From: an uncultured delta proteobacterium
GTDB lineage: Bacteria; Desulfobacterota; BSN033; UBA1163
Assembly: GCA_963827685.1 (NCBI GenBank)
Contig: CAWHBU010000005.1
Span: 192,001-256,000, forward strand
Reading direction: 5' to 3'
Length of the DNA stretch: 64,000 bases
Within the stretch, counting starts at the first letter, position 1. Each line of letters begins with the position of its first letter. Below, piece by piece: positions 50,485 through 61,222 of the stretch. Under the pieces are notes generated by a model. It had not been told where the DNA came from and searched no databases. It saw only the letters and a list, made by a program, of their open reading frames with translations. The position numbers were made by a program, and so were the translations under genes.

Positions 50485-51324
50485 CTATTCCAAACCGAGG
50501 ACTTGATCTACTCTCGTGAATCTAAAATGTTCTAAAAGAAATTTAAACTTCTTCAACGCAGAAGAAATGCCGTAGTATGAAATGACACGATTGAAAAGAG
50601 GAAGCTTAAAGCGAGGCGTCTTGTCGTAACCTTCCCAGGGATGAAAATAAAGCAAAAATGCTTGAGTTCGATTGATTCTCCTCAATCCCCAGTAGAGGAA
50701 GGAGGACGGCAAAGCTCTCAAGTAAAATCCTCCCGAAATGGGAATCTTCAACTTTCCGATCATTAATGGGCACAAAGGAAACTCCATGAGGGGACTCTGT
50801 GGATTCTCCTTTCTTACATCTTCAAAAGAGATCCGATAAGGTCGGGTGGGTGCTCCGCTTATCCCATAAAGAGGATTTATTTTCAAAGGAAAGATGCTCG
50901 CATCATATTGGTATCCAAAATCCAAAAGAACCTTGAGGGCCCATCGGTTACGGTTATCCATAGAAAAACAAGGGGCGCGAAACCCTTTAATCTTAATCTT
51001 TCCCAGAATCTTTTCCATGACAGAATGAAAACGTTCAAGTTCCTCCCGGAACAAGCTTTCATTCAAGTTCCATACGAGCTTGTGAGAAAAAGTATGACAA
51101 CCAATCTCATGCCCTCTCTCGAAGATTGACTGAATGAGACGAGGATTCTGCTCTGCTACCTCCCCCACAACAAAGAAGGAAGCTTTTGTTTTATATCTGT
51201 CCAGCAGGTCAAGAATGGGTCGCGTCGCCTCTTCAACCTGCGAAAAAGAAGACCTCCTCCCCTCCACCAATTCCGAGTGGTACCATTCTTCTAAATCAAT
51301 CGACAATGCATTGATCACAGCCAT
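50485..51324 (-). CDS. Polysaccharide deacetylase (DUF3473-type)
   Basis: SIDLEEW, HEIGCH, FRAP, YDAS, GGFYLR, YFHPWE. Confidence 0.88.
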   Translation of the reverse strand: MAVINALSIDLEEWYHSELVEGRRSSFSQVEEATRPILDLLDRYKTKASFFVVGEVAEQNPRLIQSIFERGHEIGCHTFSHKLVWNLNESLFREELERFHSVMEKILGKIKIKGFRAPCFSMDNRNRWALKVLLDFGYQYDASIFPLKINPLYGISGAPTRPYRISFEDVRKENPQSPLMEFPLCPLMIGKLKIPISGGFYLRALPSSFLYWGLRRINRTQAFLLYFHPWEGYDKTPRFKLPLFNRVISYYGISSALKKFKFLLEHFRFTRVDQVLGLE

Positions 51325-51378
51325 CGCAGCGCTTCGACAACCTCATTCAGCTATCGACCCAACCCCTCAATGAAACGG

Positions 51379-51404
51379 GCCCTGAACCTAATATGGTACA
51401 GGGC
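51379..51404. repeat. Short GC-ended palindrome
   Basis: GCCCTGAACC-taatat-GGTACAGGGC; arms match at 9 of 10 positions. Confidence 0.4.
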
Positions 51405-51453
51405 GGGCATCTTAACTCTGACCTTTTAGCCATGTCTTTTTACTTTCACGTAA

Positions 51454-52566
51454 TTAGATGACATCGGTATCTCCCCAGTTGACATACCATTTCTCCGGAG
51501 AATTAAATATTTCTCTTTTCGAATGAAAATAGACCATAAATTGAAAAGTTTTTGGGCTCGGGAGAAATCCTCTTTTCCGAAGGATCCTATCATAAGGATG
51601 GCCTTGGGGGACCATGAAAGCCAAAAGATCAGTGCCTTTGTGTCGGCTGTGTTGAATTCCCCTTTCCGTTAACGCCGTAAGGGTTACTTGATCCAGTGCC
51701 AATAAATCGACAATGACGGCGCTATTAAATTTGAGGAGTTCAACCTTTCTCAAGACAATATATCCCATCATCTCTCCACTTTTTTTTGCTCGATAAATCG
51801 TATAGGTTCGCGTTGGGTGTTGAAGATATCTCCAGGTCAAATAATTCCGATTTCGGACCCCAATGATGGGGTAAAGTGACAATGCTTTTTGCCAGAAATG
51901 ATCGAACTGATCATCCAACGAACCCATTTCTTCTATCTCAATCTTCTCCACCCCATTTCTTCTCTTTAATCTGTAGCAAAGAGCATACAAGAACCTTACC
52001 ACCCCTCCAGCAAGAAGGCTCAGAAGTGGAAAGTGGAGGTACCGATTTATGATGCCGCTAAATCTTATTGGATAGACCAGGACGGGAAGCTTCACCACTT
52101 CCTTCCAGCCGATTTTTTTCAATCCATGAATCGTTTCCTGCCGTATAGGGAATGCAATCAAGAAACGTCCATTCTCTTTTCTCACCCGTTCGATTCCGTA
52201 TCGCCCCAGCGCCTCGAAGATGCCCCTTCTCCAATAATCGGGGTGAACCATCAAATCAAGCGAAAGGGTCCCCAGAATAGATTCTCCTTGGACGGAAAAC
52301 GACCGAGGGATATCTGCAAAGTGTCCGACGATCTTACTCTCATCCTCCACAACATAGATCCATCCCTGTCCATCAGGCCCTCCCAGGAATTCCCACCCCC
52401 AAAATCTTGGATCCAATTTGTCTTTTTCTTCTTCCCCGAAGACAACTCCTCTGAGGGATAAAATTCCTTCCATATCCATCTTATTTCCATCCCGAACTTT
52501 CCAATAACGCATTTCATCCATCATTCTGGCCGTTCTATTTTGAATAAACCATTTCAACTGTCTCAA
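51454..52566 (-). CDS. GNAT family N-acyltransferase
   Basis: DLMVHPDYWRRGIF acetyl-CoA motif, YLTWRY, C-terminal GDTD. Confidence 0.8.
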   Translation of the reverse strand: MRQLKWFIQNRTARMMDEMRYWKVRDGNKMDMEGILSLRGVVFGEEEKDKLDPRFWGWEFLGGPDGQGWIYVVEDESKIVGHFADIPRSFSVQGESILGTLSLDLMVHPDYWRRGIFEALGRYGIERVRKENGRFLIAFPIRQETIHGLKKIGWKEVVKLPVLVYPIRFSGIINRYLHFPLLSLLAGGVVRFLYALCYRLKRRNGVEKIEIEEMGSLDDQFDHFWQKALSLYPIIGVRNRNYLTWRYLQHPTRTYTIYRAKKSGEMMGYIVLRKVELLKFNSAVIVDLLALDQVTLTALTERGIQHSRHKGTDLLAFMVPQGHPYDRILRKRGFLPSPKTFQFMVYFHSKREIFNSPEKWYVNWGDTDVI

Positions 52567-52596
52567 TGCATCTTTTCTTAATCTATCCTAAACAGA

Positions 52597-53883
52597 TCAT
52601 TCTTTCGCCTTCCTTTTATAAGGCCGGTAAGCCAAATAAAAGTTTATTATAAAAAGACAGAAAGCAACGATACCCACGATCATAAGAACCTGAATCAAAG
52701 TGTCGTGGAATAATATCATTAAACCAAGCTCAATCAAGGTGAAGCAGAACAGAGGATAAAGAAACCATCTCCTGGGAGTGGAGAGATGGTAGTAGAGTAA
52801 GATCAAGGTCAGGGAGAAGAGGGTCATATTGACAGAAAACATTCCTATCAAAGGCGCACATTCTAAGTAGACCTTCCCACTCAGTACCCTGACGATGGAC
52901 AAAGGGAAGAGAAGGGAGAATAAGATGCTCCCACCACACAGAAAAACAGCTATTCTAAGGCTCTTTCCTAAAGTCGAAGGTATTCCTTCTTCCCGTCCCT
53001 CTAACGAGGAAAGTTTAGGAAACATAACCGTGACGATGGGAATAGGAAGAACGAGAATAATTTTCCCTACCATCTGGGCAATGGAATAATAACCCGCCTC
53101 AAAGGGTGTGAAGAAGTGTTTGACTAAAATCAAATCAATATTGGTAAGAACCATAAAGCATAATAATACCAATCCTGCTGAAAAGGAATACCGATATACC
53201 TCCGAAAAACTGGATGGGAGGGAACGCTTTGCTATGACTCCCTGATCGGCTACCGTCTTTTCCTTAAGAAGGCTAATTCCTATAAGGAATAAAGACAGAA
53301 TCGTTGTAACGATATAAGAAACGGCAATCGCGCCCATGGCTCCCCATAGCCCAAAACCCAAAAGGACGAAGAGGATCCCTAAGGCAAATTTAAGACCACT
53401 ATTAATGATGAGATTGAGGGTCAACAAACCAAATTTTTGTAATCCTTGAAGGCCTCCCCATAAAATAGGGATAACCATGGAGAAAGCCAGACTCAATCCA
53501 AAAAGGATGACCAATCCCCGGGAGGAAATTTGAAGGAAAGAAGAGATGGGGGAACTCGCAAAAATGATCACTAAAAAAAATGACAAGGCGATGATGGACA
53601 TCAATAAGAGAAAATGCCGCAGCAGTTCAATGGCTTGACGATATTGGTTTTGAACTTTGAAGGATGAAAAGAACCTCGTGACGGTGGTTTGAACCGTACC
53701 CGCGGGAACAGAGATTATCGCGAAGAGTGCGACGAGGGTGTTGAGGTGCCCGTAATCGGTGGGCGGGAGGATTCTTATCATGAACAAATGGTAAAGGAGG
53801 TTGAAAAGGTTGAATAACCCCATACCGATAAACACCAATCCGGTTTGCTTGATAAACTCATCCTTAAATCCGAACCATTTCAA
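52597..53883 (-). CDS. Oligosaccharide flippase (Wzx/MATE-like)
   Basis: About 12 hydrophobic segments, LPPTDYG, NIDLILVK, AGYYS. Confidence 0.85.
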   Translation of the reverse strand: MKWFGFKDEFIKQTGLVFIGMGLFNLFNLLYHLFMIRILPPTDYGHLNTLVALFAIISVPAGTVQTTVTRFFSSFKVQNQYRQAIELLRHFLLLMSIIALSFFLVIIFASSPISSFLQISSRGLVILFGLSLAFSMVIPILWGGLQGLQKFGLLTLNLIINSGLKFALGILFVLLGFGLWGAMGAIAVSYIVTTILSLFLIGISLLKEKTVADQGVIAKRSLPSSFSEVYRYSFSAGLVLLCFMVLTNIDLILVKHFFTPFEAGYYSIAQMVGKIILVLPIPIVTVMFPKLSSLEGREEGIPSTLGKSLRIAVFLCGGSILFSLLFPLSIVRVLSGKVYLECAPLIGMFSVNMTLFSLTLILLYYHLSTPRRWFLYPLFCFTLIELGLMILFHDTLIQVLMIVGIVAFCLFIINFYLAYRPYKRKAKE

Positions 53884-55406
53884 TAAATCACCTCGTAAAT
53901 AATGGATGTTCGATCCGCTCTTATAAAAATTTCTTTTAGATCCGTTGATTGAATTGATTCAATGAAACCCGGGTTCATTTCGTGAGTATGTCTATTGACG
54001 AGAATATATCGAACCCCTCTTGTTTTTGCATCATGGATAATCTCGTTATAGGATTTGCCAGGATTCCCCGGTGTAGGAATCCCCTCAGGTAACATTGTGA
54101 ATTCTCGGTCAGCATAGAACGCTTCAATGGGACTATTACTCATAATGATAGCGTCCTGAGGGGTATTCTGTTTTAACCACAGTCCAACCTTTTTCTGATC
54201 TGCACGACTTCTTCTCTCCGGTGTCAGACTCTGTGGCAACTGGCTTAAAATCACAACCATGATGAATAAGGCAGTCACCTTTTCTGGATTCGATATCCTG
54301 ATTTTTTCCAAATATCTCTTAATTTCTAAAATACCTTGACCAGCCCAAAAGAGAGAAAGGGGAATGACCGGGACTGAAAAACGGATCGTGGAAGGGACAA
54401 AGGTGGACAAAGAAAACAGATGGAAGAGAACCAAGGAGGCTAAAAACAACTCAAAGGCAATAACCCTCCCCCTAACCCTTATTAGCCCAAAAAATAGAAA
54501 TAGCCACAACGAAAAGTGGTAAGCCCTCAAATAGTGATAGATAACAAAAGGGAGAAAGTGAACAACTTTTTGGGTGATCTTTTGGATTCTGAAATTCTTT
54601 TTTACGGGTTTATCTGGCTCAATACCCTTTGAAGGATTAACCTCCTCAACACCCTTTTTAAGAAATTGAGCTTGTGTTCCCAGCCCTTTCTTACTAATCA
54701 ACCATTGACCTGTTTCGCGATGGATATAGAGGACGTAGGGGATGACAAAGATAAAAACGCTCAAAACCAGAACTCCAATGGGGACGAATCTCTTAAGCCA
54801 CTTCTTTTTAAGACCGCCATCCACGATGATCCAAATTAGATAAACCAGAACATAACCCATCCCCTCTGGCCTTGTAAGATAGGCCAGACCAAGAAAACAT
54901 CCTGATAACGCTATCCTCCATACCTTCTCTTTCTTTAGCCCTATCCAGAAAAAATAAACCGATAGGATCAGAAACCCCCAATAAGTGGCTTCGGTGAGGA
55001 GCATTCCCGAATAAGTTACAAGGTAGGGATGGAAAGCATAGAGAAGCGCTGAAAAAATGGCTTCTTTTTTGCCAATTGCCTCTTTGACTAAATAAAATAA
55101 TGGAATGATGGTAAGAGTCCCGAAAAAAAGGGAGATTAATCTTCCTGTTATTTCAACATGCGTGGTATCCGGAGAAAACAAGAAGATCAAGAAAGGGAAA
55201 AAAGGATGGCCAGGCGATGACAATCCTTTTATAAAATGGCCCTTTAAAAAATCCCTCGCCATGAAACCATAGGCAGCGCTGTCATTGGCAATCCCCTGTG
55301 CCATCAGGACCGCATAAAGCCTTAATCCAAACGAAATCCCGACGAGGAGCAAAACTACCTGCTTTTCATCAAGGGTTTTGAAGAAATAAATAAACTTATT
55401 GATCAT
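53880..55406 (-). CDS. GT-C (ArnT/PMT-like, GT39) membrane glycosyltransferase
   Basis: NDSAAY, HPFFP, LTE, TRPEG and many transmembrane segments. Confidence 0.8.
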   Translation of the reverse strand: MINKFIYFFKTLDEKQVVLLLVGISFGLRLYAVLMAQGIANDSAAYGFMARDFLKGHFIKGLSSPGHPFFPFLIFLFSPDTTHVEITGRLISLFFGTLTIIPLFYLVKEAIGKKEAIFSALLYAFHPYLVTYSGMLLTEATYWGFLILSVYFFWIGLKKEKVWRIALSGCFLGLAYLTRPEGMGYVLVYLIWIIVDGGLKKKWLKRFVPIGVLVLSVFIFVIPYVLYIHRETGQWLISKKGLGTQAQFLKKGVEEVNPSKGIEPDKPVKKNFRIQKITQKVVHFLPFVIYHYLRAYHFSLWLFLFFGLIRVRGRVIAFELFLASLVLFHLFSLSTFVPSTIRFSVPVIPLSLFWAGQGILEIKRYLEKIRISNPEKVTALFIMVVILSQLPQSLTPERRSRADQKKVGLWLKQNTPQDAIIMSNSPIEAFYADREFTMLPEGIPTPGNPGKSYNEIIHDAKTRGVRYILVNRHTHEMNPGFIESIQSTDLKEIFIRADRTSIIYEVIY

Positions 55407-55442
55407 TGATTTGAATTGAAGGGAGTTAAGATATTTCTATTT

Positions 55443-56609
55443 CTATATTCCATTGAATGAGCCAGAATGTCTCATTAAGATTTGGACGATCTTCTGGCTT
55501 GCCTTCCCATCTCCAAATATCTTACTTCCCTTTAGATACCTCCTTCGTCCCTCCGTATGACTTACCTCTTTCATAATTCTTTCCACACTTGTCCCTACCA
55601 ATACGTTCCAACCACTTTTGATTGTCTCCACCCATTCCGTCTCTTCCCTCAACGTCAAACAGGGAACCCCGAACCAATAGGCCTCTTTTTGAACCCCCCC
55701 TGAATCAGTCAGGATGGCCTTAGCATTCTTTCCCAGTTTGAGCATATCGAGATAAGAGACTGGTTCAATAAATTTAATATTTTTGAATTCGGAGGAGAGA
55801 TGATAGACCTTTATCATCTTCTTCGTCCTCGGATGAAGCGGAAGGACGACAGGGGTTTTTCCCCCAATCTCATTCAAGGCTCTACAGATAGATTTTAGTT
55901 TCTTAGGATCGTCAGTATTTTCAGCGCGGTGGAGAGTAGCCAGATAATAGTTCGGAGTTCGGAGTGAAGAGTTCGGAGTGAAGAGTCCAAGATCACTAAG
56001 GATGGACGACTTCTTTTGGGCCAATTTTGAATAATAGAGAATCGAATCGTACATCACATCGCCTACATTTTTAACTATTCTTCTACTTTCCTCTTTTATC
56101 CCTTCCTTCAGTAAATTCCGGACCGCCTGGTCAGTGGGACAGAATAGAAAAGTTGAAAGATGGTCCGTCAGGAGGCGATTAATTTCCTCGGGCATGTCCT
56201 GGTTATAGCTTCTCAAACCTGCCTCCACATGAGCGACAGGAATTTTTAGTTTTGCCGCCGCCAAAGCACCAGCCAATGTCGAATTCGTATCACCATAAAC
56301 GATGACCCTTTCAGGTCTTTCCTTTTCAAGGACCATCTCAATACGTTCAAGCATCTTACCGGTCTGCTTGGCATGAGAACCGGAACCCACCCCCAGATGG
56401 TAATCCGGCTTGGGAAGCTTAAGTTCTTCAAAAAAGACTTTATCCATCATGTAGTCATAGTGCTGTCCGGTATGAACCAGTATTTCTTGAATCCGCCTCT
56501 TTTCGTAGAGTCGAGTCTGCGACCTTTCATTGATTTTTTGGATCGCACGACAGATTGCTGCGGCCTTAATAAATTGGGGCCTTGCGCCCACAATGGTCAC
56601 AATCTTCAT
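55443..56609 (-). CDS. wecB: UDP-N-acetylglucosamine 2-epimerase, non-hydrolysing (WbpI-like)
   Basis: GARPQFIK, HTGQHYD, GDTNST, HVEAGLRS, HRAEN, DSGGVQKEA. Confidence 0.93.
   Translation of the reverse strand: MKIVTIVGARPQFIKAAAICRAIQKINERSQTRLYEKRRIQEILVHTGQHYDYMMDKVFFEELKLPKPDYHLGVGSGSHAKQTGKMLERIEMVLEKERPERVIVYGDTNSTLAGALAAAKLKIPVAHVEAGLRSYNQDMPEEINRLLTDHLSTFLFCPTDQAVRNLLKEGIKEESRRIVKNVGDVMYDSILYYSKLAQKKSSILSDLGLFTPNSSLRTPNYYLATLHRAENTDDPKKLKSICRALNEIGGKTPVVLPLHPRTKKMIKVYHLSSEFKNIKFIEPVSYLDMLKLGKNAKAILTDSGGVQKEAYWFGVPCLTLREETEWVETIKSGWNVLVGTSVERIMKEVSHTEGRRRYLKGSKIFGDGKASQKIVQILMRHSGSFNGI
55949..55990. repeat. Six tandem 7-mers inside wecB
   Basis: AGTTCGG AGTTCGG AGTGAAG AGTTCGG AGTGAAG AGTCCAA. 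Confidence 0.8.
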
Positions 56610-56774
56610 CCTTTGACTCCAAGAGGGATAAACTGTTCTTTTATGGATGTTTCATCAATCGAATAAACTGTTTGGCATCGACAAAACGACCTCATCAGAA
56701 GCAACCCGTCCAGCTTTTTCGATCTCCACGTTATGCCTCCTCGTGGAATAGGCTCAAAAAGGTCCATGCTACAC

Positions 56775-57692
56775 TCAAAATATCCCTACCTCATCACGAT
56801 TACTTGCTCTTAGAGAGTCTTTGGCGTGTTGGTAAACCAGGAAATATTTTTTCAATTTGTATTTTGTTTTTGACTTATTTTTAACAAAGGGAAGTGAAAG
56901 GGTAAGCATTACTATTCTCCACCATGCTTTGAACACCTTCTCTCTATTGATCCGCTTCACCGTCTCTGGATAATAATGCTTTCTATAGAAGATATGCTCA
57001 GCACGAATTTTCTTGTCCCATACTCCAAGTGGCGTTGTGTTTCTTTCGCTCTGGCCACCCGAATGAATAATGACTGCTTCGTCTACATAACCGATTTCGT
57101 AGCCATGCTTCCTCACTCTTAGACAGATATCCTGATCCTCTCCATACAGAAAAAAATCTTCGTCGAACCCCCCGATTTTCTTTATCAGATCAGCACGGGC
57201 GACCATACTCGCACCGATAACGCATGCAATAGAGCCTGGGAGCCCCGAAAGTTCATCTTGGGTGTATTCTTGTCCCAAATATTGTTCGGATTTCGACCAC
57301 TGTAATGTTCCATCTGGGTCAATCAACCTGGTTCCTGCTAAACCTACGTGGGGATTTGATTCCATATAGGATAGTATTCCTCGTAAGGCCCCTCTCCTGA
57401 GTCTCGTATCCGGGTTAAGAAAAAAGATGTATTTTCCTCGGCATTGATGTAGAACTTGATTATTCGCGGCGGCAAATCCTCGATTTTTATCATTAGCAAA
57501 GAGGGACACCATGGGGAATACTTTTTGAAGATAAGCTACGCTGCCGTCGCTCGATCCGTTGTCCACGACAAAGATTTCCTTACGGCAATCTTCCTCCGCG
57601 AGGATCGACCGAATACAGATCCCGACTAAGTCTTCGGTATTGTACGACACAATTATAATTGAAACTTCGGGTTGTCCTGTTTCACCGATCAT
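56775..57692 (-). CDS. GT2 glycosyltransferase
   Basis: IIVSYN, VDNGSSDG, LNPD, YGEDQD. Confidence 0.88.
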   Translation of the reverse strand: MIGETGQPEVSIIIVSYNTEDLVGICIRSILAEEDCRKEIFVVDNGSSDGSVAYLQKVFPMVSLFANDKNRGFAAANNQVLHQCRGKYIFFLNPDTRLRRGALRGILSYMESNPHVGLAGTRLIDPDGTLQWSKSEQYLGQEYTQDELSGLPGSIACVIGASMVARADLIKKIGGFDEDFFLYGEDQDICLRVRKHGYEIGYVDEAVIIHSGGQSERNTTPLGVWDKKIRAEHIFYRKHYYPETVKRINREKVFKAWWRIVMLTLSLPFVKNKSKTKYKLKKYFLVYQHAKDSLRASNRDEVGIF

Positions 57693-57727
57693 TCGTTAGC
57701 TATCCGGTTTGGGTGCAATATGGATGA

Positions 57728-58309
57728 TTAAGAAATTCCCAAAAACTCAACTTTATCCTTTATTTTACGATAAGATTTCCCACAGGCCTTGCACGAACCT
57801 TTCCCGGATCGGAAGGTTATCTCCTCAGCACATTGGCAGACCCATCCCTTCACTTTTCCTGGATTTCCATAAACCAAAGAATAATCCGGAACATCCCTGG
57901 TCACCACAGAACCCGCCCCAATAAAAGCATACTGACCAATCGTATTTCCACAGACAATTGTCACATTGGCACCCATGGTGGCTCCTCTTTTCACCAAAGT
58001 ATTCCGAAATTCTTTCTTTCTCGATATGAAACTCCTGGGGTTAAAGACATTCGTAAAGACCATAGAGGGCCCGCAGAAAACATGATCCTCCAAGATCACT
58101 CCATCATAGATAGAGACATTGTTTTGAACCTTTATATTATTTCCTAAGACCGCACCTGAACCGATAAAGACATTCTGACCGATGACACAGTTCTCCCCAA
58201 TCCTCGCACCCGACATGATGTGGGTGAAGTGCCAGATCTTGGTCCGCTCCCCAATCTCTACGGGTCCATCCACGACAGCCGTGGGGTGAATAAAGTATTC
58301 CTTTTCCAT
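57728..58309 (-). CDS. WbpD/WlbB-like N-acetyltransferase
   Basis: [38 protein letters not shown]. Confidence 0.88.
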   Translation of the reverse strand: MEKEYFIHPTAVVDGPVEIGERTKIWHFTHIMSGARIGENCVIGQNVFIGSGAVLGNNIKVQNNVSIYDGVILEDHVFCGPSMVFTNVFNPRSFISRKKEFRNTLVKRGATMGANVTIVCGNTIGQYAFIGAGSVVTRDVPDYSLVYGNPGKVKGWVCQCAEEITFRSGKGSCKACGKSYRKIKDKVEFLGIS

Positions 58310-58313
58310 CTCC

Positions 58314-59324
58314 CTATTCTCCTTCGAGGCGGATTGGAAACCCCTTCTTCTTCAAAGACTCCTGGGCAGCCATAAGAATTTTTACCACTCTAAGTCCGTC
58401 CCGGCCTCCGGTTTTAGGTTCTTTCCGCGATTCGATGCTTTGAATAAAATGTTCTGCTTCAGCCCTGAGCGGTTCAGCCATCTTGATACTCGGAATGGTA
58501 ATATCTCCAAACCTCAGGCTGAGGTATTCCCCATAGGTATCATAGGAGAGATTCTTTACCCCTTTATCATAGATCTTCAGTTTCTCGGAAGCCTCCATAT
58601 CGTCGAAGACCACCATCTTTTTTGAGCCCACGATGGTGATCTTTCTTAACTTATGAGGATCCAGCCAACTCAAATGAATATTTGCCATCTTGCCATCAGA
58701 GAATTGGAGTCCAAGAAACACCACATCCTCAATCCCCTTCTGGATATAACTCTCTCCATGAGCGGTCACCGCAACCGGTCCTTCCTCGAGGAGGTATAGG
58801 ATGACCGATAGATCATGGGGGGCAAAAGAAAGGAGGGCATTTTCATCCTGACGGATCACACCGAGATTGACCCGCTGGGTATAAATATAATAAATTCTTC
58901 CCAATTCACCGGACCCGACCATTTCCTTCAGCCGGTCGACCACAGGATGATAGATCAAAAGATGACCCACCATGAGAATTCTTTTTCTCTTCTTTGCGAT
59001 CCCTAACATCTCCTCGGCATCTTTTGTATTCAAGGCCATCGGTTTCTCTACCAACACGTCTTTATCGGCTAACATGGTCTCTTTCGAAATGGAATAATGG
59101 GAGAGAGCTGAAGAAGCCACCACGACTCCTCTCACCTCTGGATCTTGAAGAATGGGTTTCAAATCCTCAACCATCTTCGTTTGGGGATAGGTCTTCTGTA
59201 ATGAGAGCAATTTCGAAGGATCCTGATCACAGACATATTTCAATCGAACATTGGGAATTTCGGAAAACACCCTGATGTGGTTTTTCCCCCATGCCCCAGC
59301 TCCCACGACAGCAACGCTGATCAT
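58314..59324 (-). CDS. Gfo/Idh/MocA oxidoreductase (WbpB-like)
   Basis: GAGAWG, VEKPM, VGH, APHD, SWLDP.K. Confidence 0.85.
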   Translation of the reverse strand: MISVAVVGAGAWGKNHIRVFSEIPNVRLKYVCDQDPSKLLSLQKTYPQTKMVEDLKPILQDPEVRGVVVASSALSHYSISKETMLADKDVLVEKPMALNTKDAEEMLGIAKKRKRILMVGHLLIYHPVVDRLKEMVGSGELGRIYYIYTQRVNLGVIRQDENALLSFAPHDLSVILYLLEEGPVAVTAHGESYIQKGIEDVVFLGLQFSDGKMANIHLSWLDPHKLRKITIVGSKKMVVFDDMEASEKLKIYDKGVKNLSYDTYGEYLSLRFGDITIPSIKMAEPLRAEAEHFIQSIESRKEPKTGGRDGLRVVKILMAAQESLKKKGFPIRLEGE

Positions 59325-59395
59325 AGAATCTCCTCCAGCAACCAATTCATAATTTGGCCGGCAAGTGTTCCTCGACCCCGCCCCCCCAAAGCCTT

Positions 59396-60064
59396 CTAAG
59401 GGGCTCTACCCGTTTTAACTCCTATGATTCGATATTGAAGCACCAAGAAATCGATCAACCCATTAAAAACCAGCCTGTTGATGAACTTCATCGTCTTGCT
59501 GCACCGTTTCTTCTTTATCAACTTTTTGATCTCATAGCCCGTTTCTCGAAACATATTTTCAATCGTCTTCAGAGTAAAAAAACGCAAATGGGTTCTATCT
59601 AATATTCCTAGGTCAACATATTCCCATCGCCCGTCCAAAATTAAAGGTTTTAGAATTTTATAATATCGGATGTTAGGAATGCTACAGATAATGATTCCGT
59701 CATCTTTTAGAATTTCCCGGTGGCTTTTAAGAACTTTCCAAGGATCAACCAAGTGTTCCAACACATCGCCGTAGACAATACAGTCGAAGAAACCTCTGCT
59801 GAAGGGCAAGATATCCTTTTCAATATCACCGATGATTACTTCTTGATAGTAGGATTTTGCTTGCTGGGCGGCATGGGGATTAACTTCAACCGCGAAAATC
59901 TCTTCAAAACCTTTCTCTTTAAGTATTTGCCCCGTCTTCCCTACACCACAGCCTACATCCAATATTCTCCTGGCTCCTTTGGGAACGAGTTCGATCAGGT
60001 CGGTTCTTGGAAAAAATCCATGGAAATAATTAAACTCTTGATGGCTCATCGTCATCCCAATCAT
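59396..60064 (-). CDS. Class I SAM methyltransferase
   Basis: LDVGCGVG, DVLEHLVDP, GILDRTHLRFFT. Confidence 0.85.
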   Translation of the reverse strand: MIGMTMSHQEFNYFHGFFPRTDLIELVPKGARRILDVGCGVGKTGQILKEKGFEEIFAVEVNPHAAQQAKSYYQEVIIGDIEKDILPFSRGFFDCIVYGDVLEHLVDPWKVLKSHREILKDDGIIICSIPNIRYYKILKPLILDGRWEYVDLGILDRTHLRFFTLKTIENMFRETGYEIKKLIKKKRCSKTMKFINRLVFNGLIDFLVLQYRIIGVKTGRAP

Positions 60065-60215
60065 TCTTTCTATTCTGTTCTATTGCCCAAGTCTCTTGAG
60101 GCAAAGTTCAAACTTTCAGGATAACATGACTCGAATCCTTTTCAAAAGCAGAATGCCGTTTCGATTCAGATAAGAAGATCGACCAGCCCTCCACTCCTTT
60201 CTTTTTATGATCCGG

Positions 60216-61163
60216 CTAAATGGCCTTCTGCAATCCCATCCCTTCAGGAAAGAACCTTAGATGCCACCAGAACAGATAGGCATAAATTGACAGTTTTCGT
60301 CGCCAGCTTTTGACCGTGAATAAGGTAACCAGACAAGCCGTGATCATTAGCAATAGCTCGAAACCCAGTCTTATCAGCAAGCCGGCCAGGAGAACGAACC
60401 ATTGTACCTCCCCCCTATTTTTTCTGAAAAAATGGTATCGGGAACGACAGTATTCAACTTTTGCTCTCTTCTTTTCTGTCTCGGCACTTTTTCCTTGAAA
60501 ATGATAAACTTCAGCCTGAGGGACATGGTAGATCTTCCAGCCTGCCTGCTTCATCCGATAGCACCAATCCGTTTCTTCAAGAAAAAGAAAATAATCCTCA
60601 TCCAATAAGCCTACCTGATCTAAAGCATCTCGTCTCACCATCATGCAGGCACCAATCACCGAATCAACTTCAACGGGTCCGGAATATCTTCTCTCCTTTC
60701 CTGGAAACTTTTTCGGGAAGAGCCATCTCAGAAGACTCTTATTGAGGAGCTCTGTGGCCAGGGAAGGAAAATTGGCGATGGAGTTCTGTTTCGACCCATC
60801 TGAATTGAGTAGTTGTGCCCCTGCCACCCCGACATCGGAATGGGCATCCATAAAGGATACTAATCGTTCAATAGCTCCGTCCTTCACCTGAATGTCTGGA
60901 TTCAAGAGAAGAACATATCTTCCAGATGCTTTTTGAAGCCCCTGGTTGACGGCCTTTGAAAATCCCAAGTTTCTCTCATTTACGATGAGATGCACGAAGG
61001 GAAATGTCTTCCTTATTTCATCTGCGCTTCCGTCCTGGGATCCATTCTCAACCACAACAACCTCCCAGCCCATCCTTTGCTGATTTTCAAAAATCGACCG
61101 CACACAGGGAAGGAGGAACTCTTTCGTATTCCAATTAACGATAATAATGGACAAATCAATCAC
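60216..61163 (-). CDS. GT2 glycosyltransferase
   Basis: IIVNWN, NLGFSKAVN, LNPD, FLEETDWC; the start position is uncertain. Confidence 0.88.
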   Translation of the reverse strand: MIDLSIIIVNWNTKEFLLPCVRSIFENQQRMGWEVVVVENGSQDGSADEIRKTFPFVHLIVNERNLGFSKAVNQGLQKASGRYVLLLNPDIQVKDGAIERLVSFMDAHSDVGVAGAQLLNSDGSKQNSIANFPSLATELLNKSLLRWLFPKKFPGKERRYSGPVEVDSVIGACMMVRRDALDQVGLLDEDYFLFLEETDWCYRMKQAGWKIYHVPQAEVYHFQGKSAETEKKRAKVEYCRSRYHFFRKNRGEVQWFVLLAGLLIRLGFELLLMITACLVTLFTVKSWRRKLSIYAYLFWWHLRFFPEGMGLQKAI

Positions 61164-61222
61164 GCCGTAACGAACTCCAAGTATAATCAGTTCTACCCAT
61201 CTCAAATTACCTGCAAACCAAT

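Noticed and set aside
56744-56756. 13-bp GGAATAGGCTCAA shared with the spacer near 36226
   Set aside because: It is short and the flanks do not align convincingly; chance cannot be excluded.
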